Program-made: the position numbers and the translations under genes
In this document: positions 15,301 to 24,321 of the stretch, one piece after another
Numbering within the stretch: position 1 is the first letter of the stretch
How the letters are laid out: every line of letters starts with the position of its first letter
Notes under the pieces: model-generated
What the model was told of the DNA's origin: nothing
The model's database searches: none
The model's input: the letters and a program-made list of their open reading frames with translations, nothing else
Virus record (IMG/VR): IMGVR_UViG_3300030207_000331
Location: 1 to 38,679 of that record
Strand: one strand, 5' to 3'
DNA from: a virus
Taxonomy: Duplodnaviria > Caudoviricetes
DNA: 38,679 nucleotides

Positions 15301-18300
15301 GTTTCTTCGGCTTCTGCTAGAGCTTCTCTTAATTGTATATTTTCTTGTGAGTTTGTGCCTGTATCATCTCTCCTTTTTCTACTAAACAATGGCACATCTG
15401 TTATCAAAGCAGCTTTTCTGTTTTCTAATTCTGGAGAATATTGATATGTTGGTTTTATACCACGAAGATCAGCAAGAACTTCTGCTTCTTGTATATATCT
15501 ATCATAGTTATACATTTCATCTCCAAGCAAATCTTCTTGACTTTCTGTACGATTAGGCTCACTACCTGGATATAAAAAGTCTCTAAACTCTTTTTCAAAT
15601 TCAATTTCTAATCTATCTATTTCTTTTTCTAGTTCTTCACGACTTATATCAGATTCAGTTTCTTCAAGCTCACGCTTTAAATCTTCAATTCGATAATAAC
15701 TTTCATCAAATTCTTCTTGTAATTGTTCCAAATCATCTCTTTTATAAATGCCTGAACCAGCATATGAATCTTCAAGCATATCAATATAATCTGGTTCCAT
15801 TGCTTTTAATAATATAGGTACATAACCTTTTACTTTACTCATAGGAACTTCATATCTAAGTATTTCAGGGTTCCATGCTTCACCATAACTTTGTGATCTA
15901 TTAAATAAATTACGACCTATCGATAATGCTTCTCTACTATTTAATGTTGTGCTTGCAAATAAATCTTCTGAAAGCTGTCCATAGTTTTTAATTTTCTCAC
16001 CTTCAGGAATATTTAAAGCTCTAAATAAAACCAAGTTACCTTTTTTATTTGTAAATTTTTCTAAGAATTTTTTACTAGCTCTTAATAAAGGTCTATTCTT
16101 TCTACCTTTAAATGCTTCAACTATAGCCATTTTAAGTGGTGCAGGATTATCTCTGTTACCACCATCCTCTCTACTCATTTTTAACTGATCTAATATTGAA
16201 AAAGTATCAAAGCGATTTTTACTTGCCCAATCAAAAGGAACTTCACTATCATCAGGTACTAAATTAGTTCTACTAAATAAAGGTAACTGTCCTGTGCCAG
16301 TTCGTAATTCTTCTAATCTTCTTTCTGTTTTAGCAACAACAGCTTCTGCATTATAACGCCTTCTTTCAAGAGTAATTTTTTCATCAGGTCTTAATACATC
16401 TTGGAATAATTCTCTTTCTGTTTTATAAACTAAATTACTATGATAGCTAAGACTATCTTCTAATAATTGTTGAGAGGCATTATTTATTTGTTCTTGTGTT
16501 GTTGGAAATCTACTTGGTGCTCTACTAAAGGTAGGTATGTCTCCACCTATATCTACTACTTCAGATGGGAAATATCCCCATCTTTCTAATGAATTACCAT
16601 CCCAACGAACATCACCTGCTTTTAATTCATAAGTAAATAGTTTAGAAGGAGTATCTTCAGGTATTGTTAGCATCTGATCAAATGCATCAAATAGTCCTTC
16701 ATCTCTCCTAGCAGTAAGTTCATCTACACCTCTATCTAATCTATCTTGTATTCTTGCATCTTTTTGTGCTTCTCTTATTTCTTTCTTAGTTATCTTAGAT
16801 TCATCAACAAAAAACTGAGCTTCTGATTTAGATGGTGTTATTAAATCTCCTTCACGCAATTCACTAGTAGGTGCTGCTCTATACATAGTTATAGTTGCAT
16901 TAGGATCACCTTTAATCTTTCTTAATTTATTCATAAAAGCCATAGTTTCTTTATAAATAGCTTTTTGTTCTGGATTATTCATGCCATATGATGCGACATA
17001 AAATTGTGGATTTGTATAAATATCTGAAGGAGAAAAACTATCCCCATCAACTTCTTCTAATAAATTACTAGCTCTTGGACCTCTTGTTAATGGAACAAAA
17101 TCAGCAGCCATACCAGATGATTCATCTCTTGGTGGTCTACTAAATAGAGGCACATCTCTAACATCTCTTGTATCAAGATTAATGCCAGTTGTTTGTAAGT
17201 CTAATGCTGTAGAAGCATTTTTAAGAAATGCAGATAATTCTGTATTAAGTTTTGCAGGTACAGCTAATAATTTTCTAATTGTTTCTACAAATTTATTCCA
17301 TAAATTACCAGTAGCATCTTTACCAAATGGTATAGATTCAAGCATTTCTTGAAACTCTCTATTAGTTAAACCGAATGTTAATAGTTCTGAAACATCACCT
17401 CTTTTTTGAGATTGATCGCTATATAACTGATATTTAATGCGATAGTTTTCAAAATTTCTTTTTCTAGTTTTTCTTAAACCAGTTTCTGTTCTAGTAATAA
17501 TTCCATCACTATATTCTCGTATATATATATCTGCTATTTCTTTTTCTATTGCAGGAGCTTTAGCATAATTCTCTTTATATATTTCTAAGTTTGTCTGATC
17601 ACCAGTGCTGACATCTTGAAGTATTTTATCTGATAAATCTTCATAGAATCTCATCTTACTTCTGTAATAATTTTTAATTCTATTAGCTTGACTTCTTAAT
17701 TCTTCTTGTGCTTTTAATGCTTTAGAACCACCGTCAGGAGATAATTTAGCTAATATACTTGGACTACCTGATGCAGCATAAATTTGAGCTAAGGTAGCCT
17801 GATGTATGCCTTCATGTAATATAGTTTCAAAATTTACACCATTTGGTACATCTGGTGAAGAAGCAATATCTTTTCCAAAAACATCATCTTTTAAAGACAT
17901 AGTATAAGTAAAAGGTTGACCAAATTTATCTTCTCTACCTCTAGCATCAATTTGTCCTCTAATACGCCCTGTTAAACCATTTGCATCTCCTGGTTTAAAA
18001 TTTAAAGGAAATGATCTACCTTGTTTTTTTAATGCTAATAAAGATTTGTGAACTTTTTGTGCAATAATTTTATAATCTTGACTTGGTGAATTATCTATTA
18101 ACCACTTCATCATTTTTACAGAATCATTATTACCTTTAATAGTTTTAGTTACATTACCATCTTTATCAAAAACATCTTTATCTAATATTTTTGCATCTTG
18201 TAAACCTGTAATTATTTTTGCTCTTTCAGCTTTATACTGCTCATCTGATAATGTACGAGAATTATAAATAGTTGTAGGTGTCGTAGGAGGCGTTGTAGGA

Positions 18301-21300
18301 CCTGTTGGTGCAGGTGGCACAGGTGGTGCTGGTTTGGGTTTTGGTATAGCTGTAGGTCTTATGCCTCTAGGTCTTAGAGTTTGTCTTATTTCATCACCAG
18401 GAATTGGCTCTGGTGCTCTTATAACTTCATCTCGTTCCTCTGTCGTAAGAAAACTAGCAGGAATACGACCTGTATCTACAAGCCTTGTAGTTCGCACAAC
18501 TCCTCTCTCTCTTGCACCAACTCTACCAGACTCTATATTATTAAATATTTCTGTAGCACTTTTATACCCTGAGCTACGCATTGCTTGACCCATAGTTTTA
18601 AAGAACTGAATTATCTTATTAAAAATACCATCTACTTTAGGAGGAGTATTTACTAGTAAATCTTTATTTCTAAATAACTCTGCTATAGCTTCTTCTACAA
18701 TATAATCTTCTTTAAAAGCATCAGATAAATTTCTATTTTCTAATTCTTTTCTAGTTCTATCTATGGCTTCTTTATAAAAAGTTCTTTTTTCTGGGTCATT
18801 AGGAAACTTTTTATCTTTAACTAATTTTTTTAAGTATTGATATTCTTTTTCAGTAATTAAATCTTTAGCTCTAAAAGCATGAATCATCTCATGGTCTAAT
18901 ACACCTCTAAGTCTCTCTATTATTTCTACTTCTGTGGCACCACCATCAGGATTAACTGCATTTAAAGATATAAATATAGTATCTGTATTTTTATCATATT
19001 CTCCCTCTACTGCTTCTAATGTTTCTGTAGCTCTAGTTCTTCTTGGATCAAATTTTATTTCTCCATCTACTCTCCTTAATGTAGTAGTAGAAAGTATGTC
19101 ATCACTTACAACAATACCAGTTTCTTTTAGACCTACAGCGTTTAATCTTTTTCTAAGTTCTTTTATAAATTTATTAACTTTACCTTCTTGCAAAGTCTCA
19201 GCATAGTTAATAAATTTAGGCTCTACTTCTACAGGTGGTAATAGTCTTTCTTGTTTTGTTCTTTCTTGTTCTACTAATTCTGCAATAGATTCTGCAGGTA
19301 ATTTGCCTTCTGCAGTAAGTCTTGCACCAAATTCTTCTGGTGTTTCATTAAACCCTTCTGCTTTTCTAGCTATATCAAACTCAAAGTTATCTCTAATCTT
19401 ATAGTTATTAGTGCCTTCTATTTGTTCAGCTCTGCCACTATAAATTAAATCATCTATAAATTGTTTCGTAGCAACCTCATTTTTTCTAATAGAATCTGGT
19501 CCAACTTTTAATAAAGTATTTTTATCAAAAATAATATTGTTGCTCTTTGCATTAGCAACAAAATCTGCCATCTCTTGTGCAGTATAGTTTCTTGGTCTAA
19601 AGTCTGGGAAAGTTGTTCTTGAATTGAACTTTGGAAGTGCATGAAGTTTAGCCAAAAATAGTTCTTTCTGACCTTTCTTCATCTTATTGAACTCAGGAGT
19701 ACCTGTGTATTTTTCTGCTGCATATTGAACAGCAGGTGATTGAAAGTTTAAATCTATATTTTTAGATGCAGCTATTTCTTTTATATATTTAGCTGATGTA
19801 TCTATTGTATCTTTATCTGCAATAATAGAAGGCTCACCTTTTTTCTCAGAAGCTTTAAATACTCCTTGTGCATATGCAGATGTAAATTCATTAAATTGTT
19901 TTGCAGTTAATAATTGTTTAGCTTCTGCCATAGATAATCTAGGATAACTACGAGAAGTCTTACCTGGATTTTGTGCAACAAAACTATTTACTAAACCTCT
20001 AAGAATTACCTCTTGTTTAGAATCTTTAGGCACACTATTAATTAACTGTGAAATAGTTACATCACTAGCTCTACTATCTTCTAAGCTTTGTCCTATCTCA
20101 TAAGCAGTAGAACTATTAATTAATCCTAAGTTATAAGTATCATTATCTAATTTTGATTTTAATTTTTTATTGTTAAAGTCTTGCGTTATTTTATCTCTAA
20201 CTTTAATAGCATCTATTTCTTTATCTTTTATATCAATTTGTACAGGAGCTTCAGGATTGCTAATATCAACAACAGCAAATTGTTCTTGTGGCGTGACTAT
20301 AACTTCTACAGATGGTTCTGCTCCTAGTTCTTCAGGTGCTATTATTTGTGGAACTGTAACAGATGGTATGTCTTGCATTTCTTCAAGCACACCTTGTTCA
20401 ACAGCTTGATCTTGTTTCTTCTGAAGTATTAATCTTTGTTTATTTTCTTCAGACCTTAACTCATCTTCTTCTAATTGTTTTCTTCTTGCAGACTGTTTAC
20501 CAGCCATGCTAGTAACAACTAAATCAGCAGCACCACCAATAATGCCACCAATAGTAAATTCTTCAAACATACTATCAGCCATAGGTAAATCTTCACTATA
20601 AAGACCTCTAGCTGTTAAATCTTGCAATATACTTGCAGCTACCTCTTGTCCACCCTCAAATGCACCAGATTGTAAAGCAGATACTAATCTTTCTTTTGTG
20701 TTTAAATCTGTTTTACTAGATACCTTACCTAATATACTAGCAATCGGTAATACTTCAGTTATACCTATAAGACCACCAAATAGTTCAGCAGTAGTCTCAG
20801 TAAGACCACTTACATCTTCACCCATCTCTCTAGCCATCTGCAGTCTATCGCCTTGTGCTGCTATACCTGTTGGTATTGCTAAAGCTGTCGGTGCTGTAAA
20901 TGTTGGTGATAGGAAGCCTTTAGCTGCTCCTGGTGCCTTTGCTAGAGCTCTACCTACCATACCTGCACCTAAGAAAGGAACAAACGATCCTACGCCCTCT
21001 CCTAGTTTTGTAGAAAATTTGTCAGCATATCGTGGGTCTGCTGCTAATGCAGAATCTTGTCTTAGTCTATCTTGTAAGCCTTCAAGACCTTTATATAAGT
21101 TACTGTCGTTGCCAATATCAAATAAACCAACAATACCTGTAGGCACATCTAAAGCTAAACTAGCAATACCTCTAGGTATAGCTTTACCAAATTCTTTTGC
21201 TTGTTCTAGTGCTGATGTTTGATTTATATCTATTCCATATTCATCTTTTATAACTTCAGCTAATTTTAATCTTGTTTCAACATCTAAATTATCTGGAATT

Positions 21301-21338
21301 TGTATTTTTTTCCCACCACCAATATCATATTCAGTCAT
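12354..21338 (-). CDS. Giant internal virion/ejection polyvalent protein (two HEXXH peptidase-like domains, two ART-like domains, C-terminal LPD38-like domain)
   Basis: 2994 aa. Gly/Ala hydrophobic N-terminus; HEMIH..EEAIAE and HEGIH..SELLT; ITMYRA..ITPS and VLFRAL..STT..EAEVL; INFGRRG..PFLNARIQG, IPIPFEVG, GYTGTLG. Confidence 0.8.
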   Translation of the reverse strand: MTEYDIGGGKKIQIPDNLDVETRLKLAEVIKDEYGIDINQTSALEQAKEFGKAIPRGIASLALDVPTGIVGLFDIGNDSNLYKGLEGLQDRLRQDSALAADPRYADKFSTKLGEGVGSFVPFLGAGMVGRALAKAPGAAKGFLSPTFTAPTALAIPTGIAAQGDRLQMAREMGEDVSGLTETTAELFGGLIGITEVLPIASILGKVSSKTDLNTKERLVSALQSGAFEGGQEVAASILQDLTARGLYSEDLPMADSMFEEFTIGGIIGGAADLVVTSMAGKQSARRKQLEEDELRSEENKQRLILQKKQDQAVEQGVLEEMQDIPSVTVPQIIAPEELGAEPSVEVIVTPQEQFAVVDISNPEAPVQIDIKDKEIDAIKVRDKITQDFNNKKLKSKLDNDTYNLGLINSSTAYEIGQSLEDSRASDVTISQLINSVPKDSKQEVILRGLVNSFVAQNPGKTSRSYPRLSMAEAKQLLTAKQFNEFTSAYAQGVFKASEKKGEPSIIADKDTIDTSAKYIKEIAASKNIDLNFQSPAVQYAAEKYTGTPEFNKMKKGQKELFLAKLHALPKFNSRTTFPDFRPRNYTAQEMADFVANAKSNNIIFDKNTLLKVGPDSIRKNEVATKQFIDDLIYSGRAEQIEGTNNYKIRDNFEFDIARKAEGFNETPEEFGARLTAEGKLPAESIAELVEQERTKQERLLPPVEVEPKFINYAETLQEGKVNKFIKELRKRLNAVGLKETGIVVSDDILSTTTLRRVDGEIKFDPRRTRATETLEAVEGEYDKNTDTIFISLNAVNPDGGATEVEIIERLRGVLDHEMIHAFRAKDLITEKEYQYLKKLVKDKKFPNDPEKRTFYKEAIDRTRKELENRNLSDAFKEDYIVEEAIAELFRNKDLLVNTPPKVDGIFNKIIQFFKTMGQAMRSSGYKSATEIFNNIESGRVGARERGVVRTTRLVDTGRIPASFLTTEERDEVIRAPEPIPGDEIRQTLRPRGIRPTAIPKPKPAPPVPPAPTGPTTPPTTPTTIYNSRTLSDEQYKAERAKIITGLQDAKILDKDVFDKDGNVTKTIKGNNDSVKMMKWLIDNSPSQDYKIIAQKVHKSLLALKKQGRSFPLNFKPGDANGLTGRIRGQIDARGREDKFGQPFTYTMSLKDDVFGKDIASSPDVPNGVNFETILHEGIHQATLAQIYAASGSPSILAKLSPDGGSKALKAQEELRSQANRIKNYYRSKMRFYEDLSDKILQDVSTGDQTNLEIYKENYAKAPAIEKEIADIYIREYSDGIITRTETGLRKTRKRNFENYRIKYQLYSDQSQKRGDVSELLTFGLTNREFQEMLESIPFGKDATGNLWNKFVETIRKLLAVPAKLNTELSAFLKNASTALDLQTTGINLDTRDVRDVPLFSRPPRDESSGMAADFVPLTRGPRASNLLEEVDGDSFSPSDIYTNPQFYVASYGMNNPEQKAIYKETMAFMNKLRKIKGDPNATITMYRAAPTSELREGDLITPSKSEAQFFVDESKITKKEIREAQKDARIQDRLDRGVDELTARRDEGLFDAFDQMLTIPEDTPSKLFTYELKAGDVRWDGNSLERWGYFPSEVVDIGGDIPTFSRAPSRFPTTQEQINNASQQLLEDSLSYHSNLVYKTERELFQDVLRPDEKITLERRRYNAEAVVAKTERRLEELRTGTGQLPLFSRTNLVPDDSEVPFDWASKNRFDTFSILDQLKMSREDGGNRDNPAPLKMAIVEAFKGRKNRPLLRASKKFLEKFTNKKGNLVLFRALNIPEGEKIKNYGQLSEDLFASTTLNSREALSIGRNLFNRSQSYGEAWNPEILRYEVPMSKVKGYVPILLKAMEPDYIDMLEDSYAGSGIYKRDDLEQLQEEFDESYYRIEDLKRELEETESDISREELEKEIDRLEIEFEKEFRDFLYPGSEPNRTESQEDLLGDEMYNYDRYIQEAEVLADLRGIKPTYQYSPELENRKAALITDVPLFSRKRRDDTGTNSQENIQLREALAEAEETVKQTPRGSIPYYNLNASDTALKAAIDFNRDLSATAPDDIPNFSRPQLDGLDNNLQEFIKRTGGEVLPDQSWGARLIEIVKDPITAIKNFFINFRQRYIDQYDDITKTLLAGKTTEWYLGIDERTGKLRINPKTEKPWTQEEAEIAAKDVTLANMFANAGAEQSIRMSDKSRGVYQGMLTRGIAVDQIDDVDSLVKTIPYELVDADGNKTGKTGGLIQILAPLFSNLNVNLEAVFKSYAILKRAKNLDESGREIDTPVQPNDYALIEQIEQQHPEVVEVYRNYQNWNNSLIELAERKGILSKEQSALWREHSVYYPFYRQMVDDSGIKGPAIAGGSLPGNPLDIKIEGSEEIIDADPIEAISRNSLSILTAALKNDAMGKIVKNLETMGLAKSISAKDAGKADSLFFFEDGIKRHYQVDDPRLVYSLQNIGGVAPGAIGKFLAIPAGFLRDTVTRDPGFVVINILRDTLSSAVTSGAPYTPIIDSVKNMFGSMEELEQFGVLGGYDYSIDEGSVKQFITKTMRQQGLTPNNAMSPTGAFFKLWDGLGALTTKSDGATRKAVYDVVYKQLKEDGYSEAVAQSEAAYQAQEIINFGRRGSDPLFRIITAAIPFLNARIQGLDVLHRGLTGQYSAVEKQQIGESLKEVQSRILRRTALNASLLVGLTALYYMMVSDTDEYKNLKREVRDDNWVFPLGNGNAVKIPIPFEVGMLFKAIPERVFDMTMGDDAFTRKSVDEALTSIERQVSTSFNIPFLGPGSGIQLLKPIAEVMNNRNTFTDTEIVPYYQQQKEPGLQARATTNEFARILGESLNISPAKIEHIMRGYTGTLGGYVLAVVDTITRGATGSPLLPSNFELSKMPVFNRLLLDLDKSGGYQQQFYELRGEVDRAVATINSLQKQQRFDELSAYRSNMQGVLNVKGQVRAIERYLDNWRKRRDRLMRDENISVSVKSDMLRELELERDMRLAMVPELRKRANIPVLSLNL

Positions 21339-21341
21339 AAT

Positions 21342-22667
21342 TTATACTACTTTAGTTAAACCTAATAATTCATCTCTTTCACTTTTTTGATCAGCTGTTA
21401 TTCCCTGTAATTCCTGTATTCTTTTTGATAATGCAATTTCTCTTATTTTTGCTTCTTCTGCAGTTAATACTCCAGAATCAACTAAATCATTTAAAGATTC
21501 ATATTGTTTAATAGCAATATTTAATGGCATATTAGCTACTTCTAGTTCAATTTTAGAAATCTGTGCTTCTAATAATCTACCTTGTAAACCTGCTTGCTTT
21601 ACAGCAGCTCTATCTGCCATAACTCCTCTATATGCATCAGATATACCACTACCTAATTCACCTAAATTTCTAGCTGAAGATATAGCACCACCAAGACCTA
21701 TTAATAGGTCTGCATTATCAGGAGATGTTGCAAATTCTCTAAGTTTAGTTAATCCTTTATCTGAATCTTTTTCTACTTTAGACAGAGCATCTCCTTCATT
21801 TGTTTCTACAGGTCCTTTAAATCCAGCAATACCAAATTTTGATGGGTCTAAATTAAAATTAAGTTTATTTTCTCCCATACCTATTGGTATAGTAGCTATA
21901 TCTTGATTTGCAGCAGGACTCATACCATATTCAACACCTTTATATGTTCCATAACCACCAGCAAGACTACCTACATATCTTTTATAATCAAACTGTCTAC
22001 CATATTTCATTACATCATCAGCAAAACCTAATGATTTAGCTGCATCACCAAGGTCTTGAGTCTTATTTACTCTTTCTAATGTTACAGGTTTACTATACAT
22101 ACTTTTTATTACATTTTTACCTTTTACTGCTTTATTTACAGCATCTAAAGCGAGTTTGCCGCCTCTTAATGCTATACCAACTCCAGGCACAAAAGTTAAA
22201 CCTAAAGCAACAGCATCAACAGGATTATTTTTTGCCCATTGACCAACATCACTAGCTATATCAAATAAATATTCACCAGCAGCTTGGAACTTAGTTTTTG
22301 GTTTTGGATATGGCAAAGCACCCCCTGCCATATAACCAGTTCTACCACCACCAGCCATCATCTGCATAGGAGAAGGCGGAGCCATGTTACCCATATCACC
22401 CGATGGGAAAGCTTGTTGTAAATCAGGTGGCTGGTTCATAGCTCCTAGACCAGATGGACTGTTAGCAAATTCTGCTACTAATTTTTCAGAAACAGATGCT
22501 TGTGGCTTAGGTTGTTGTGCTTCGTAAGCTTTACGCAAATCTGTTCTTCTTTTTACTTCTTGTATAGCAACAAATGGTGGAAAATTACCTTGACCTTGTG
22601 TTGCTTGTATTAACTGTTCATCAGGCATATCTTCTGCCATTTGTGATAATTCTACTAAATTTGCCAT
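21342..22667 (-). CDS. Internal virion / DNA ejection protein
   Basis: 441 aa, in the ejection cluster; MAGGG motifs and Gly-rich hydrophobic segments. Confidence 0.6.
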   Translation of the reverse strand: MANLVELSQMAEDMPDEQLIQATQGQGNFPPFVAIQEVKRRTDLRKAYEAQQPKPQASVSEKLVAEFANSPSGLGAMNQPPDLQQAFPSGDMGNMAPPSPMQMMAGGGRTGYMAGGALPYPKPKTKFQAAGEYLFDIASDVGQWAKNNPVDAVALGLTFVPGVGIALRGGKLALDAVNKAVKGKNVIKSMYSKPVTLERVNKTQDLGDAAKSLGFADDVMKYGRQFDYKRYVGSLAGGYGTYKGVEYGMSPAANQDIATIPIGMGENKLNFNLDPSKFGIAGFKGPVETNEGDALSKVEKDSDKGLTKLREFATSPDNADLLIGLGGAISSARNLGELGSGISDAYRGVMADRAAVKQAGLQGRLLEAQISKIELEVANMPLNIAIKQYESLNDLVDSGVLTAEEAKIREIALSKRIQELQGITADQKSERDELLGLTKVV

Positions 22668-23854
22668 TATGATAATCCCTTATAAAGTCCAAGTCCTTGC
22701 AGTCCCATACCTAAAGCTGTCTGAAATAATCCTGGTTGTTGTTGATAAGTGCTTACTTGTTGCTGTGGTGGAGCAGGCACACCTCTTAGTAGTCCACCTA
22801 AGAAACCTAATTGATCTCTGGTAAATCCTTGTTGTCTTAAAAAGTCTTGATAACCCATATCTAAAGAAGCTTGTTGCATACCTCTTTGTTGTGAGCCAAT
22901 ACCTTGTAATGCTGCAATTCTTTGCCTTGTATCATCTTGTATATCACGACCAACACCTCTTAAAGCATCTATAGATTCTAAGCCATATTTTTGTGTTATA
23001 CCATATGCACTTTGAGCAAATTTTTCCTCTGCTTGTCTTGCTGCTTCATTTTGTTGATCAGCAGTTAAACCTAATTTAGCTGCTGCTTGTCTAGCTTTTT
23101 CACCTGCATCATAAGCTCTTTGTCTAAATGCTTCTTCTGCTTGTCTTGATTTCTCGCTAACACCAAATTGTTGTAGTCCAAATTGTGCTCCTTTTAATTC
23201 AGCAGCTCTCTCTCTTTCAAGTTGTTGTAGTGCTGATTGATAACCAGCTTGACTACCTCTTGCTTGTATATCATCTAACTGTTGTCCTAAATTACGCTCT
23301 CTTTCTGCTTGCATTATAGCTTCACGATAGCCACCTAAACCACCTGATCTAGTAGCTGCATCTGCAGTTTTATCACCTAACATTTCTGATTGTCTTAGAG
23401 CTTCTCTTTTTTGTATATCTATAACATTTTGTTGATATGGAGACATAAACCTTTGTAGGTTTTCTTCAAAACCTAAAGGCACATATTGCTCACCAACATT
23501 ACCAGCTCCATACATTGATGTTATATCTCTAGGATCATATGAAGATTGTGTAGTCATTGCATCATATCCAGAACCATATGGTCCACCTAACATAGCTGCT
23601 CTTTGTGAAGCTACATCAAACTCAAAAGGTGATCCTGATTGTGCATAACCTCTAGTCATAGCCTGTGATGTTAATTCATCTGGTGAAAAATAAGCTATTC
23701 TTTCGCCACCATAAGGTGTATATGGCTGATTAGATTCAGCTTCTCCTCTTTTGAGTAGTCTCTCAAAATAAGGTTGTACATATTCTGGTAAATCAGTCTG
23801 AGTTACCCTTGTTTCTGTTGGTGCTGCTGGTGCACTTCTACTTCTACCACCCAT
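22667..23854 (-). CDS. DNA transfer/pilot (ejection) protein
   Basis: Q/A/G-rich helical protein; LPEYVQPY, YTPYGGERIA, FMSPYQQNVID, Gly-rich C-terminal tail. Confidence 0.7.
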   Translation of the reverse strand: MGGRSRSAPAAPTETRVTQTDLPEYVQPYFERLLKRGEAESNQPYTPYGGERIAYFSPDELTSQAMTRGYAQSGSPFEFDVASQRAAMLGGPYGSGYDAMTTQSSYDPRDITSMYGAGNVGEQYVPLGFEENLQRFMSPYQQNVIDIQKREALRQSEMLGDKTADAATRSGGLGGYREAIMQAERERNLGQQLDDIQARGSQAGYQSALQQLERERAAELKGAQFGLQQFGVSEKSRQAEEAFRQRAYDAGEKARQAAAKLGLTADQQNEAARQAEEKFAQSAYGITQKYGLESIDALRGVGRDIQDDTRQRIAALQGIGSQQRGMQQASLDMGYQDFLRQQGFTRDQLGFLGGLLRGVPAPPQQQVSTYQQQPGLFQTALGMGLQGLGLYKGLS

Positions 23855-24321
23855 TATTTACTATCCTCAAATTCATATTCAAAAAATATTGATGTTTTCT
23901 GCCAATTATTTTTTGATTTTATCCAATTCCAAAAACCTTCTCTGCCAACGCCTTCTACGCCATCACAGTCATTGGCTTTTGCCCATTTATATATAACTTC
24001 TAAACTTCTGTCTGCCCATTCATTCATTTTTTTACCAGCTACATGATCAATATTTAACATTCTTTTGCCAGTAGGATATTGACTTATTTTAGTAATAGCA
24101 CAACCTATAATATTTAAAGTTTCTGTATCAAATATAATCCATAAAGAACAAACATTTCTTATGCAATCATAAAATATATCTTTAGTAGTTGCTCTACCAT
24201 TAGAACGATTACAAGATTTTTGTAAAAACTTTTCACAATCATCCCATACCAAAGTAATTCTATCGCTTGGCATCAATGATATATCAAATTCTTCTTTTAT
24301 TTTTTCTGCTACTTCATTCAT
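23854..24321 (-). CDS. GNAT-like virion-associated protein
   Basis: WAKANDCDGVEGVGREGFW motif; typical position among podovirus ejection genes. Confidence 0.6.
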   Translation of the reverse strand: MNEVAEKIKEEFDISLMPSDRITLVWDDCEKFLQKSCNRSNGRATTKDIFYDCIRNVCSLWIIFDTETLNIIGCAITKISQYPTGKRMLNIDHVAGKKMNEWADRSLEVIYKWAKANDCDGVEGVGREGFWNWIKSKNNWQKTSIFFEYEFEDSK

